64,000 bases of DNA, taken from contig JAQULK010000001.1 of NCBI GenBank assembly GCA_028718635.1, positions 396,818 to 460,817 on the forward strand, given 5' to 3'. Position numbers and translations under genes: made by a program. Position 1 is the stretch's first letter; every line of letters starts with the position of its first letter. Origin of the DNA: Minisyncoccota bacterium (GTDB lineage Bacteria; Patescibacteriota; Minisyncoccia; Phycocordibacterales; UBA9973). Positions 9,595 through 18,651 of this stretch are shown here, piece by piece. The notes below the pieces were generated by a model. The model was not told where the DNA came from and did not search any database. It saw only the letters and a list, made by a program, of their open reading frames with translations.

Positions 9595-9620
9595 TTTTGT
9601 TTTTCGTCACATCAGACAAC
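9595..9620. repeat. Right 26-bp terminal inverted repeat (partner of 9008..9033)
   Basis: ttttgtttttcgtcacatcagacaac. Confidence 0.55.
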
Positions 9621-9660
9621 ACAGCACATGCGGTTCAGAAATTTCTCATTTAAAGAGAAA

Positions 9661-9676
9661 GGGGTCAGGTACCTTT
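9661..9676. repeat. REP-like sequence, left flank of the RAYT
   Basis: ggggtcaggtaccttt. Its inverse complement occurs twice at the 3' flank. Confidence 0.6.
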
Positions 9677-9703
9677 AATTTAAAAATATGATATAATAAA
9701 AAA

Positions 9704-10375
9704 ATGCCACGTTCACCACGAGTCGATGTTGGAAATGAGTTATACCATGTGATCAACCGTGCTAATGCTCGTTTACCTATTTTCTTCAAAGAAGAAGATT
9801 TTGAACTTTTTGTTTCTATTTTAGAAGATGCACAAAAAAAATACGACATGAGAATTATTGCATATTGTTTAATGCCAAATCACTTTCATCTTGTTTTATA
9901 TCCAAGACAAGATAATGATTTGCAGAAATTTATGCAATGGGTAACACTTACTCACACTCAAAGATGGCACATCCATAACAAAACAATTGGTAGTGGACAT
10001 CTGTATCAAGGGAGATATAAATCTTTTTTAATAGAAGGGGATAAGCATCTTTTGTCTGTGATTCGTTATGTAGAACGCAATCCATTACGCGCAAAATTAG
10101 TTAAAAAAGCAGAGAATTGGAAATTTAACAGTTTGTCATATAGGCTTTTTAAAAATACTAATAAAAAACTTCTATCCAAATGGCCAATAGAAGAACCGAA
10201 AGATTATCTTTCTTTTGTAAATACACCGCAAACAAATTTTGAAGAGGAAAGTATTAGAATACCAATAATTAAAAGTAACCCATTTGGAAGCATTGATTGG
10301 TCGATTAAAACTATTAAAAAATTTGGTCTTGAATCAACAATTAGACAAAAAGGAAGACCTAGAAAAGGTACCTGA
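9704..10375 (+). CDS. REP-associated tyrosine transposase (RAYT; IS200/IS605-family Y1 transposase-like)
   Basis: 'YHVINRANARLPIF', 'IIAYCLMPNHFHLVLYP' (HUH motif) and 'GHLYQGRYKSFLIEGDKHLLSVIRYVERNPLRAKLV' (catalytic Y). The stop lies inside the 3' REP. Confidence 0.8.
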   Translation: MPRSPRVDVGNELYHVINRANARLPIFFKEEDFELFVSILEDAQKKYDMRIIAYCLMPNHFHLVLYPRQDNDLQKFMQWVTLTHTQRWHIHNKTIGSGHLYQGRYKSFLIEGDKHLLSVIRYVERNPLRAKLVKKAENWKFNSLSYRLFKNTNKKLLSKWPIEEPKDYLSFVNTPQTNFEEESIRIPIIKSNPFGSIDWSIKTIKKFGLESTIRQKGRPRKGT

Positions 10376-10419
10376 CCCCTTTTATTCCTAGAAAAGGTAC
10401 CTGACCCCTTTTATTCCTT
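10364..10419. repeat. Two tandem 28-bp REP copies (aaaaggtacctgaccccttttattcc x2), inverted relative to 9661..9676
   Basis: Direct tandem duplication seen in the sequence. Only two copies and no spacer periodicity, so not CRISPR. Confidence 0.6.
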
Positions 10420-10423
10420 TTAT

Positions 10424-10744
10424 TTGGTTACAAGAGAAAAAGGGGAATTCTCAGGTTGTTGGGAGACGCCTGGGGGACATATAGAACAGGGAGAAACACC
10501 AGAAGAGGCACTCATCAGAGAAGTCAAGGAAGAAGCAGGAGTTGATGTAAGAATTATAAAATTTTTAGGCATTTTTGAAAACAACAATAGTATTTGTAAT
10601 TATTTTGATTGTGAATTAGTGTCACCTAGGCAAATTGAGGGAAATAATCAAATAAGATTAATTTCCGTTAATGATATTTCAAAATATACAATAACACCAT
10701 TTGCCCTTGAGAATTTAATCAAGCTAGGGCTTTATAAAAAGTAA
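10424..10744 (+). CDS. NUDIX hydrolase, apparently N-terminally truncated (TTG start abutting the REP)
   Basis: Nudix box 'GGHIEQGETPEEALIREVKEEAGV'. Only ~15 aa precede the box, where ~35 would be expected. Confidence 0.6.
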   Translation: MVTREKGEFSGCWETPGGHIEQGETPEEALIREVKEEAGVDVRIIKFLGIFENNNSICNYFDCELVSPRQIEGNNQIRLISVNDISKYTITPFALENLIKLGLYKK

Positions 10745-10771
10745 ATGTAAAATATATGACGAATAGTTAGT

Positions 10772-11224
10772 TTATAGTTCCAACCTTAGATAATCTCTCC
10801 CATTTACCTCATCGAGTTCTTCACTAAATCCTTCTTTAAGTAAAAATTCTTCACCTTCTTCAGTGTCAGCAATTGCAGTGATATATTCGCAATTGTTTTT
10901 TGTAGCAATATTCTTGAGTTCCAAAATTAAATTTTTCATTACACCCCCACCTTGTGATTCTTTTTTAGTTAACATTATGCCGATAGAAAGATATTGCATA
11001 CCTTTTTCATCTTTATTAATGACATAGCTAATCATTCCCTCGATTTCATTGTCTTTGTTTCTCTTTTCTATAACATCCATTCCTTCTAACCCACTATTTA
11101 TGAGTTCATCCATTTTATAATTGCTTTTTTTCTGAGGATAGTTTTCTTTAACAAAACGCTCTCTTTCTACAAAAAGAATTTTGTCATCTTTTCTTTCATT
11201 TTTAATTTGATCAAAATTTGTCAT
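10772..11224 (-). CDS. Putative GNAT-family acetyltransferase-like protein
   Basis: 'QGGGVMKNLILELKNIA...YITAIADTEEGEEFLLKEGF' resembles the GNAT acetyl-CoA-binding motif. Weak. Confidence 0.35.
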   Translation of the reverse strand: MTNFDQIKNERKDDKILFVERERFVKENYPQKKSNYKMDELINSGLEGMDVIEKRNKDNEIEGMISYVINKDEKGMQYLSIGIMLTKKESQGGGVMKNLILELKNIATKNNCEYITAIADTEEGEEFLLKEGFSEELDEVNGRDYLRLEL

Positions 11225-11233
11225 AGATTTTAG

Positions 11234-11767
11234 CTATCTAGGTAATTCTTCCCTTATGTCTTTTGCATGGTCGATAAAGAGTATGCCTTTTAGGTGGTCA
11301 GTCTCGTGTTGGAAGATCTGCGCCAAAAGACCCGAGGCGCCGCGAGTGAATTTTTTGCCATTTTCATCATAAGCTGTAACTGTTGCTTTTTTTGATCTAA
11401 AAGTATTCCCATAGAGCCATCTGACGGACAGACATCCTTCTGGCACCCACATTTTCTCACGGGAAAGTTTGGAAATTTTTGGATTGATAAAAATTAAATC
11501 TTTAGGGATTTCTTTTTTGTTAATTTCTTTTAATTCATCTTTTCCTCTTAAAAAATCTTTATGAAAAATTTTTCCAGAAACGACAAAAATTTGTAAATTA
11601 TATCCGATCTGCGGTGCCGCTATGGCCACGCCGTCATCTTGGCTCTTGAGAGCCGCAGACATTTCTTTTAAAACCTTTTTTATTTTAGGAGTTGTAATTT
11701 CTTTTACGGATATTTCTTTTGCTTGTTCGCGTAAAACTTTATTTTCTTTTTGAACTATTTTCTTCAT
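11234..11767 (-). CDS. def: Peptide deformylase
   Basis: 'GVAIAAPQIG', 'EGCLS' and 'QHETDHLKG' are the three Def motifs. Confidence 0.9.
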   Translation of the reverse strand: MKKIVQKENKVLREQAKEISVKEITTPKIKKVLKEMSAALKSQDDGVAIAAPQIGYNLQIFVVSGKIFHKDFLRGKDELKEINKKEIPKDLIFINPKISKLSREKMWVPEGCLSVRWLYGNTFRSKKATVTAYDENGKKFTRGASGLLAQIFQHETDHLKGILFIDHAKDIREELPR

Positions 11768-11804
11768 TGTTTTTTCCGTAGTGAGCTTTGTTCTACTACT
11801 GGGA

Positions 11805-13121
11805 CTATTTAAGTTCTTTAAGATATTCCAGAAGCTTAGTCAACTTAACTGTTTCTTGCGATCTATTTGACATATCTCGAACAATAACAGAATTATCAAG
11901 AGCTTCTTTTAATCCAAAGATTATGGCGTGGGGAATAGAAAGCTTTTCCGCGATAGCTAGTTGAGACCCAAGACTGTCTTTGGAGAGCGATTGGGCTATA
12001 GGAATGCGTGCTTTGCGCAATATTTCAATAATATTCAAGCTTTTTAATTTTGCCTCAGGGCCTAATTGGATGAAATAAATTTTTGGTTTCTTGAGAATGC
12101 GGGGTGAAAGTTTTTTATACCAATCTGATGCGATTATTCTATCTACTCCGATGGATATTCCCACTGCCGGCACATCGCGCTTGTTTCCCATTTGGCGAGC
12201 CAAATAATCATAACGTCCGCCACCAGCCAAAGTGAGCGGAGCGCCTTCTTCACCGCCTGTTTGCTCAATAATTTCAAAAACTGTCCGGGTATAATAGGAA
12301 ATTCCCCGCACTAAATTTTTATTCACATTGTAAGATATGCCCATTTCCTCCAAGTATTCCAGCACTTCTTTGAAATGTTTTTTGCATGAGGCGCAAAGAA
12401 AGGAAACTGAATCGGGGGCATTTTCATTGATTTCTTTTGTTTTTGGATCTTTTGAATCTAAAATCCGAAGCGGATTTGTTTTTAGGCGCTCTCTGTCTAT
12501 TGCTCCTAAATTATTCAGGTGTTTTTTATAATAACTTGTAAGTTCTTTGAGATACACATTTCGACATTCTTTATCGCCGATTGAATTTATGTCAATTGTC
12601 AGGTTCGTTGCTCCCGCTTCTTCTAAAATACTCATACCCACTTTTATTACCAATGCATCCATAATGCTTTTATCATTACCAAGGCAATCTAAATCAAATT
12701 GCCAAAATTGCCGGTAGCGTCCTCTCTGAGGTTTGTCATGTCTAAAAACCGGACCGTATTGATAAAACATTACAGGCTGAGGCAGGGTTTGCATTCCATG
12801 TTCTATATAAGCGCGCATTAGGGGAGCAGTGTGTTCGGGACGCAACGCTAGGTGATCTCCGCCTTTGGTTTTGAGGGTGTACATCTCTTTATCTATAATA
12901 TCTGTCCCCAGGCCGATCGTTCTAGAAAAAATTTCTTCATTTTCCAATATCGGAGTATCTATCGGTTTGAAACCATAATGCACGGCTACTTCTTGCGCTT
13001 TTTCAAAAAAACCTTGGAAAGAATAATATTCTTCATTCATCAAATCCCTCATCCCCTTAGACGAGGATATTTCCATTGTTTTATTCTTAATTGTCTTTTT
13101 CATATTTTTTGTAGAAAGCAC
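11805..13121 (-). CDS. hisS: Histidyl-tRNA synthetase
   Basis: Class II motifs including 'AGGGRYDYLARQMG'. Start uncertain among Met1, Met7 and Met16. Confidence 0.85.
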   Translation of the reverse strand: MLSTKNMKKTIKNKTMEISSSKGMRDLMNEEYYSFQGFFEKAQEVAVHYGFKPIDTPILENEEIFSRTIGLGTDIIDKEMYTLKTKGGDHLALRPEHTAPLMRAYIEHGMQTLPQPVMFYQYGPVFRHDKPQRGRYRQFWQFDLDCLGNDKSIMDALVIKVGMSILEEAGATNLTIDINSIGDKECRNVYLKELTSYYKKHLNNLGAIDRERLKTNPLRILDSKDPKTKEINENAPDSVSFLCASCKKHFKEVLEYLEEMGISYNVNKNLVRGISYYTRTVFEIIEQTGGEEGAPLTLAGGGRYDYLARQMGNKRDVPAVGISIGVDRIIASDWYKKLSPRILKKPKIYFIQLGPEAKLKSLNIIEILRKARIPIAQSLSKDSLGSQLAIAEKLSIPHAIIFGLKEALDNSVIVRDMSNRSQETVKLTKLLEYLKELK

Positions 13122-13691
13122 CTAAGGTACTATTTGTTGGTAATTACCAGGCAACAGGTTTAATTTGCTTATCGGCAACAAACGAAGAAATGCTCTTCCT
13201 GTAAATAAATCTTTTTTTACCGGGCCCCAAGCTCTTGAGTCTGAGCTGGCACTTCTGTTGTCGCCCATAACAAAATATTCATCGCTTTTCAGCACAATGT
13301 GCTCTTCGTTGTTGGAAGTATTTTTTACGAAAGGCTGGTCTATCTTGAAACCCTCCGGATGGGCGCTGTTGGTAATAGTTACGTCGTTACCTTTTATATC
13401 CACTGTTTCGTTTGGCAAGCCGATGACTCTCTTAATGAAAAATTTTGTGGTGTCTCCTGGGTATCGGAAAACTACCACATCGTCCCTTTTTGGATTGCCT
13501 AATTCATAAGATATTTTGTCTATTATAAGATAATCTCCGTTTGTAAATGTCGGGACCATCGAACTTCCCGAGACTATAAAAGGCTCAGCGACAAAGGCTC
13601 TGATAGGGACGACGATAATCAATGCTACAAGGGCAAAACGTACTAGCTCCCAAAATGACTGCCATTTGGTTTTTTTAATTTGTTCTTCCAT
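13122..13691 (-). CDS. lepB: Signal peptidase I
   Basis: 'SGSSMVPT' (catalytic Ser) and 'GDNRSASSDSRAWG' box. Confidence 0.9.
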   Translation of the reverse strand: MEEQIKKTKWQSFWELVRFALVALIIVVPIRAFVAEPFIVSGSSMVPTFTNGDYLIIDKISYELGNPKRDDVVVFRYPGDTTKFFIKRVIGLPNETVDIKGNDVTITNSAHPEGFKIDQPFVKNTSNNEEHIVLKSDEYFVMGDNRSASSDSRAWGPVKKDLFTGRAFLRLLPISKLNLLPGNYQQIVP

Positions 13692-13753
13692 TGCTATAAT
13701 ATAGCATATAATGTCCTTGACAGCTCAGTGTTTTTTGTTGGGTAATATTAAAT

Positions 13754-13800
13754 TCACCTCTCCCCAACCCTCTCCTGTCAGGAGAGGGCGAAGGGTGAGG
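13754..13800. repeat. GC-rich palindromic element (family E, short copy) in the lepB/pth divergent intergenic region
   Basis: cacctctccccaaccctctcc-tgtc-aggagagggcgaagggtgagg. Same consensus as the in-frame insert in lepA at 26480..26551. Confidence 0.5.
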
Positions 13801-13807
13801 TTTTGTG

Positions 13808-13813
13808 TTATAA
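13808..13813 (+). promoter_or_regulatory. -10 box TATAAT 8 nt upstream of the pth ATG (leaderless or near-leaderless)
   Basis: gtgttataatcctaaccATG. Confidence 0.4.
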
Positions 13814-13821
13814 TCCTAACC

Positions 13822-14349
13822 ATGAAATTAGTAGTAGGTTTGGGAAATCCGGGAAAAGAATATGAAAATACTAGACACAATACTGGGCGGATTTTGGTTG
13901 GGATTTTGGAAAAAAAATTGGCGGACAGCAAGATAAAATTTCTTACCCCGGATACTTTTATGAATAATTCTGGAAAAGCTGTTGCGCCTCTGATAAAAAG
14001 TAAAAAAGATTTAAAAGATCTTATAGTGATTTATGATGATATTGATTTGCCAATTGGTAAAATGAAAATTTCCTTTGATAAAAGTTCCGGCGGGCACAAT
14101 GGATTAGAATCGGTTATTAAAAAATTAAAATCACGAGAATTTGTAAGAATCAGGATTGGCATTTCACCTGCCACTCCGAAAGGCGTAGTAAAAAAACCAA
14201 AAGGGGAGAAAGCGGTTTTGAATTTCTTGCTTGGCGAATATAAAAAATCAGAATTGGAAACATTAAAAAAGCTTTCGAAAAAAGTTGCCGAAGCGGTGGA
14301 GATGATTTTTACCGAAAGCAAAGAAAAGGCAATGAGTTTGTATAATTAA
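13822..14349 (+). CDS. pth: Peptidyl-tRNA hydrolase
   Basis: 'MKLVVGLGNPGKEYENTRHNTG'. The ORF-caller's upstream extension (13711) runs through the GC-rich hairpin and is rejected. Confidence 0.9.
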   Translation: MKLVVGLGNPGKEYENTRHNTGRILVGILEKKLADSKIKFLTPDTFMNNSGKAVAPLIKSKKDLKDLIVIYDDIDLPIGKMKISFDKSSGGHNGLESVIKKLKSREFVRIRIGISPATPKGVVKKPKGEKAVLNFLLGEYKKSELETLKKLSKKVAEAVEMIFTESKEKAMSLYN

Positions 14350-14353
14350 ATAT

Positions 14354-17300
14354 TTAGATCTCTTTTACCGCTTCGATAATGATGCTTTTTTCTCCGTTTT
14401 TATTAGAGACTTTTCCAGAGAGAGCGATACATTTTTCGGCGATAAGTATCTCGATAGATTCTTTAAAGAGGGAAGGGAAAGCAACGGCTTCTATAGAATC
14501 AGTCAAATCTGCAATTTTAAGGAAGGCCATGCGTTCATTATTTCTTGTCACTACTTGCCTGGAAGTTTCTATAATTCCAGCGATGGTGATCTGCATTCCG
14601 TTGCCGAATTCCTCTTTTATTTTTTTGATGTTAACAGTTCTTTTTTCAAGTTTTTCACGCAAGCGATCCAGCGGATGTCCTGAAATATAAAGTCCTAATA
14701 GTTCCTTTTCCCAAAGCAATTTTTCTGCTTGGCTGGCAGTTTGGGCGGTCTGTAATTTGAATTCCGGAGCCTTGATAGAATTTTCACCTCCAAAAAGAGA
14801 AATTTGATTTTGGTTTTGTTTAGAATTTTCATGACTATATTTCAACATTGCCTCTAGATTAGCAAGAAGCACTCCGCGATCCTCCCAATCATCCATGCAT
14901 CCAGATTTGATCAATGCTTCCATTGATTTTTTATTTAAATTTTTATGCTTTATTCTATTTAGAAAATCCGTGATGGATTTGAATTTTCCATTCAATTTTC
15001 TTTCCGCAATTATTGCGTCTGAAATATCAGTGCCTAAATTTTTAATAGTATAAAATCCAAACCTAATCCTTCCTACTTTTTTTTGAGTGGTCGACGTGGC
15101 AGGTTGACCATTTTTGTTTTCTCGAATTACAGTAAAACCCCCATAACTTTCATTGATGTTCGGAGGAAGAATATCAATCTTCATTTTTTTACATTCCTCA
15201 ATTATTTCTGAGATTTTTTCTACGTCCCCTGATTCAGCAGTGAGGATCGCAGCCATATATTCGACTGGATAATGCGCTTTCATATAAGCTGTCTGGTAGG
15301 CCACTCTGCCGTATGAAGCCGCGTGCGCTTTATTGAAACCATATGCCTGAAACGGTTCAAAAAGTTTCCATAATTTTTCAGCAAATTCTGGAGTCTGGCC
15401 GTTTGCGATTATGCCTTTGGTAAATTTCTCTCTCTGGGCAGCCATTTCTTTTGGAATTTTTTTACCAACAGCCTTACGGAACTTATCTGCTTCTTCCCAA
15501 TTGTATCCCGCGAGTTCTATCGCCGAGAAAAGCAAGTCGTCTTGATAGACGATGAGCCCGTATGATTCTCCTAAGAATTTTTTCATTCGAGGATCCAAAT
15601 ATTTTACGAGATTAGGATTATGTTTGCGTTTTATGTATTCCGGTATTGATTCCATAGGTCCCGGACGATAAAGCGCGACCATGGCATTAATATCATGAAT
15701 TGAAGTAGGCTTTAATTCTTTTAGATATCTGGTCATACCGCTGCCGTTTAATTGGAACAAGCCTTCTGTCTGACCACTAGCTAAAAGTTCAAAGGTTTTC
15801 CGGTCGTTCAATGGAATGCGATCTATATCTATATCTATATTGTAGAATTTTTTTACAAGATTTACTGCGTCTGAAAGAATGGCTAAGTTCCTTATTCCCA
15901 AAAAGTCGAATTTAAGCAACCCAGCCTCTTCGGCGCTATACATATCATATTGCGTGATTATCTTTCCTCCTTTTGGATCAAACTGAGTCGGCATATATTC
16001 ATAGATTGGTTGCGGGGCGATGACTACTCCAGCCGCATGCACCGAAATATGCCTGACGCAGCCCTCCAATTTTTTAGCTAAATCAATTATCTCTTTCGTG
16101 TCTTTTTCTTTTTGATACGCCTCTTTTAATTCTGGAACTATCTCCATCGCATGGTCTATGGTCATCGGCATACCTTGCGAACCGAGTGGAATCATTTTTG
16201 AAATTCTATCTCCAGTAGCATAAGGATAGGCAAGTGCTCGAGCGACGTCGCGGATGGCGCCTTTGGCCATCATGGTGCCGAAAGTTCCTATCTGGGCAAC
16301 TTTATCTTCCCCGTATTTTCTTTTAACATATTCAATCATTTCATCTCGTCTGTTGTCGGCATAGTCCATATCGATATCAGGAGGTGAAGGACGAAATGGA
16401 TTTAAAAATCTTTCAAAAGGGAGTTTGTATTCAATTGGGTTTATATTAGTAATACCTAACAGATAAGTAACCATTGATCCCGCGACCGAGCCTCGGATAG
16501 CGCTTAAAATACCATTTTCTTTAGCGTAACGTAGCAGATCACCAACCACCAAGAAATATGGCGAATATCCTTTTTTAAAAATAACTTGTAATTCATATTC
16601 TACTCTTTCTTTGATTTCCGGAGTTTCTTTTAAGTTAAGCCTTTCAAATCCAGCATAGGTGAGTTCTCGCAGTTTCTCATCAGGAGTTTTTCCATCGGGT
16701 ATTTTAAAATCTGGAAAAACCCAACGTCCTAATTCCAATTCCAAATTGCACATTTCTACCACTTTCATAGTATTGGTCACAGCCTCCGGTGTTTCTTTGA
16801 AAAGTTCTTTTGCCTGCTCGGTGTTTACAAAAAAATAATCATCCTCGCCAAAAGTAAATTTATTTTCATCCTTGATGTCTGAGTTGGTCTGAATAGCGAG
16901 CAGAGTTTCATGCGCCTTTCGGTCTTCATGACAAGGATAGTGTGAATCAATTGTCCCTACTAAGGGAATGTTAAATTTTTTTCCAAGAGCAATGATTCTT
17001 TTGTGGACTTCCTCATCGTTGGGTGATTTTGGATGTCTTTGAATTTCTAGAAAATAATTTTCTTTTCCAAAAATTTCCTGATATTCTTTTATTATCGATT
17101 CTCCCTTTTCTTCATCTTTATTCATGAGCGCCTGAGCAAGTTCTCCGCCGAGACATCCTGAAAGAGCAATTATTCCTTCTGAATATTGTCTTAATATTTC
17201 TTTATCCATTCGAGGTTTGTAATAGTATCCTTCCAAGTTTGAGATAGTCACCAGCCTCATCAAATTTTTATAGCCTTGGAGGTTTTTTGCTAGGAGAGTG

Positions 17301-17590
17301 AGATGGTAGTAACGCTTAGCTCCATTTTCTAGTGTCTTATCTTTCCGTGAACCTGCGGTCATATAAGCCTCTACTCCGAGAATTGGTTTGATACCAGCTT
17401 TTTTAGCTAATTTATAGAATTCAATTGCACCGTACATATTTCCGTGGTCGGTAATAGCCAGAGCTCCCATTCCGTTTTTTTTAACTAAATCCACCAAATC
17501 CTCAAGCTTTGAAAGCCCATCCAGTAATGAATAATGGGAGTGAGTATGGAGGTGTATAAACTTTATTTCTGTGTCTTTTTCCATTTTCAT
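14354..17590 (-). CDS. dnaE: DNA polymerase III alpha subunit
   Basis: PHP domain 'HLHTHSHYSLLDG', polymerase core, C-terminal OB fold. 1078 aa. Confidence 0.95.
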   Translation of the reverse strand: MKMEKDTEIKFIHLHTHSHYSLLDGLSKLEDLVDLVKKNGMGALAITDHGNMYGAIEFYKLAKKAGIKPILGVEAYMTAGSRKDKTLENGAKRYYHLTLLAKNLQGYKNLMRLVTISNLEGYYYKPRMDKEILRQYSEGIIALSGCLGGELAQALMNKDEEKGESIIKEYQEIFGKENYFLEIQRHPKSPNDEEVHKRIIALGKKFNIPLVGTIDSHYPCHEDRKAHETLLAIQTNSDIKDENKFTFGEDDYFFVNTEQAKELFKETPEAVTNTMKVVEMCNLELELGRWVFPDFKIPDGKTPDEKLRELTYAGFERLNLKETPEIKERVEYELQVIFKKGYSPYFLVVGDLLRYAKENGILSAIRGSVAGSMVTYLLGITNINPIEYKLPFERFLNPFRPSPPDIDMDYADNRRDEMIEYVKRKYGEDKVAQIGTFGTMMAKGAIRDVARALAYPYATGDRISKMIPLGSQGMPMTIDHAMEIVPELKEAYQKEKDTKEIIDLAKKLEGCVRHISVHAAGVVIAPQPIYEYMPTQFDPKGGKIITQYDMYSAEEAGLLKFDFLGIRNLAILSDAVNLVKKFYNIDIDIDRIPLNDRKTFELLASGQTEGLFQLNGSGMTRYLKELKPTSIHDINAMVALYRPGPMESIPEYIKRKHNPNLVKYLDPRMKKFLGESYGLIVYQDDLLFSAIELAGYNWEEADKFRKAVGKKIPKEMAAQREKFTKGIIANGQTPEFAEKLWKLFEPFQAYGFNKAHAASYGRVAYQTAYMKAHYPVEYMAAILTAESGDVEKISEIIEECKKMKIDILPPNINESYGGFTVIRENKNGQPATSTTQKKVGRIRFGFYTIKNLGTDISDAIIAERKLNGKFKSITDFLNRIKHKNLNKKSMEALIKSGCMDDWEDRGVLLANLEAMLKYSHENSKQNQNQISLFGGENSIKAPEFKLQTAQTASQAEKLLWEKELLGLYISGHPLDRLREKLEKRTVNIKKIKEEFGNGMQITIAGIIETSRQVVTRNNERMAFLKIADLTDSIEAVAFPSLFKESIEILIAEKCIALSGKVSNKNGEKSIIIEAVKEI

Positions 17591-17614
17591 GATTATACAC
17601 TTTTTTTATTTTTT

Positions 17615-17623
17615 GGTATAATT
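17615..17623 (+). promoter_or_regulatory. Extended -10 (TGgTATAAT) 5 nt upstream of the gap ATG
   Basis: ttggtataatttaattATG implies a leaderless gap transcript. Confidence 0.4.
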
Positions 17624-17628
17624 TAATT

Positions 17629-18651
17629 ATGAAAAAAATACGAGTAGGTATAAATGGTTTTGGAAGGATTGGTAGAGCTTTTTTAAAGATTGCTTGGGAT
17701 AAGCCGGAGATTGAGATTGTGGCGGTGAATGACCTAGGGTCACTCGAAAGCCTTTCTTATTTATTAAAATATGACACCGTGTACAAGACCTGGTCTCACG
17801 ATGTGAAGCACGATGCCGGTAATATTATTATTGACGGCAAAATGGTTAAATTCTTGTCGTTGAAAGATACCTCGAAACTGCCCTGGAAAGAACTCAACAT
17901 TGATCTAGTCGTAGAGTCTACGGGACTTTTTACTTCTTATGAAAAAGCAAAATTTCATATTGATCAAGGTGCAAAGAAAGTTGTGATTTCAGCACCATCA
18001 AAAGGAGATGTGGGAGGAGCTCACGGCGAGACTATTTTATTGGGTGTGAATGAAGAAAAATTTGGTACATGTGACATTACTTCAAACGCTTCTTGTACGA
18101 CCAATGCAGCCAGTCCTCTTATCGCAATACTCTTTGAAGAGATTGGCATAGAGAAAGCAATCTTAAATACTGTGCATGGATATACTGCATCTCAAGCGCT
18201 TGTCGATGGACCAAGTAAAAAAGATTTGCGTGAAGGACGAGCTGCTGCGCAAAACATTGTGCCTTCTTCTACTGGGGCGGCTGTGGCGGTGACAGAGGCA
18301 TTTCCTGCCTTGACGGGTTTGTTTGACGGTATCTCTATTCGGGTGCCTGTGCCAGCTGGGTCAATCGTAGATATTACATTTATTGCAAATAAAAATACAA
18401 GTGTAGAAGAAGTAAATAAAATATTAAAAAAACAAGCTGGTTCAGATAAGTGGAAAAATATTTTTTCAGTTACAGAAGAGCCCCTTGTGTCCTCGGATAT
18501 TTTAGGGAGCAAATATGCTTCAATCGCAGACCTTGCCATGACGCGCGTCGTCGGAGGCAATTTAGTAAAAGTGATGGCTTGGTATGATAATGAGATGGGG
18601 TATACCCATACGTTGGTGGACCATGTTATTAAGACAGGGAACACTGTATAA
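17629..18651 (+). CDS. gap: Glyceraldehyde-3-phosphate dehydrogenase, type I
   Basis: 'INGFGRIGR' Rossmann and active-site 'SNASCTTNAASP'. Confidence 0.95.
   Translation: MKKIRVGINGFGRIGRAFLKIAWDKPEIEIVAVNDLGSLESLSYLLKYDTVYKTWSHDVKHDAGNIIIDGKMVKFLSLKDTSKLPWKELNIDLVVESTGLFTSYEKAKFHIDQGAKKVVISAPSKGDVGGAHGETILLGVNEEKFGTCDITSNASCTTNAASPLIAILFEEIGIEKAILNTVHGYTASQALVDGPSKKDLREGRAAAQNIVPSSTGAAVAVTEAFPALTGLFDGISIRVPVPAGSIVDITFIANKNTSVEEVNKILKKQAGSDKWKNIFSVTEEPLVSSDILGSKYASIADLAMTRVVGGNLVKVMAWYDNEMGYTHTLVDHVIKTGNTV

Noticed and set aside
10364-10419. Possible CRISPR-like array (two 28-bp direct repeats)
   Set aside because: There are only two directly abutting copies and no spacers. They are the inverted partner of the REP at 9661 flanking a RAYT, so this is a REP tandem and not CRISPR. 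No CRISPR array or cas gene was seen anywhere in the window.
13711-13821. Upstream extension of pth (MSLTAQCFLLGNIKFTSPQPSPVRRGRRVRF...)
   Set aside because: It reads through the GC-rich family E palindrome and a TATAAT box. The conserved Pth N-terminus MKLVVGLGNPG begins at 13822.
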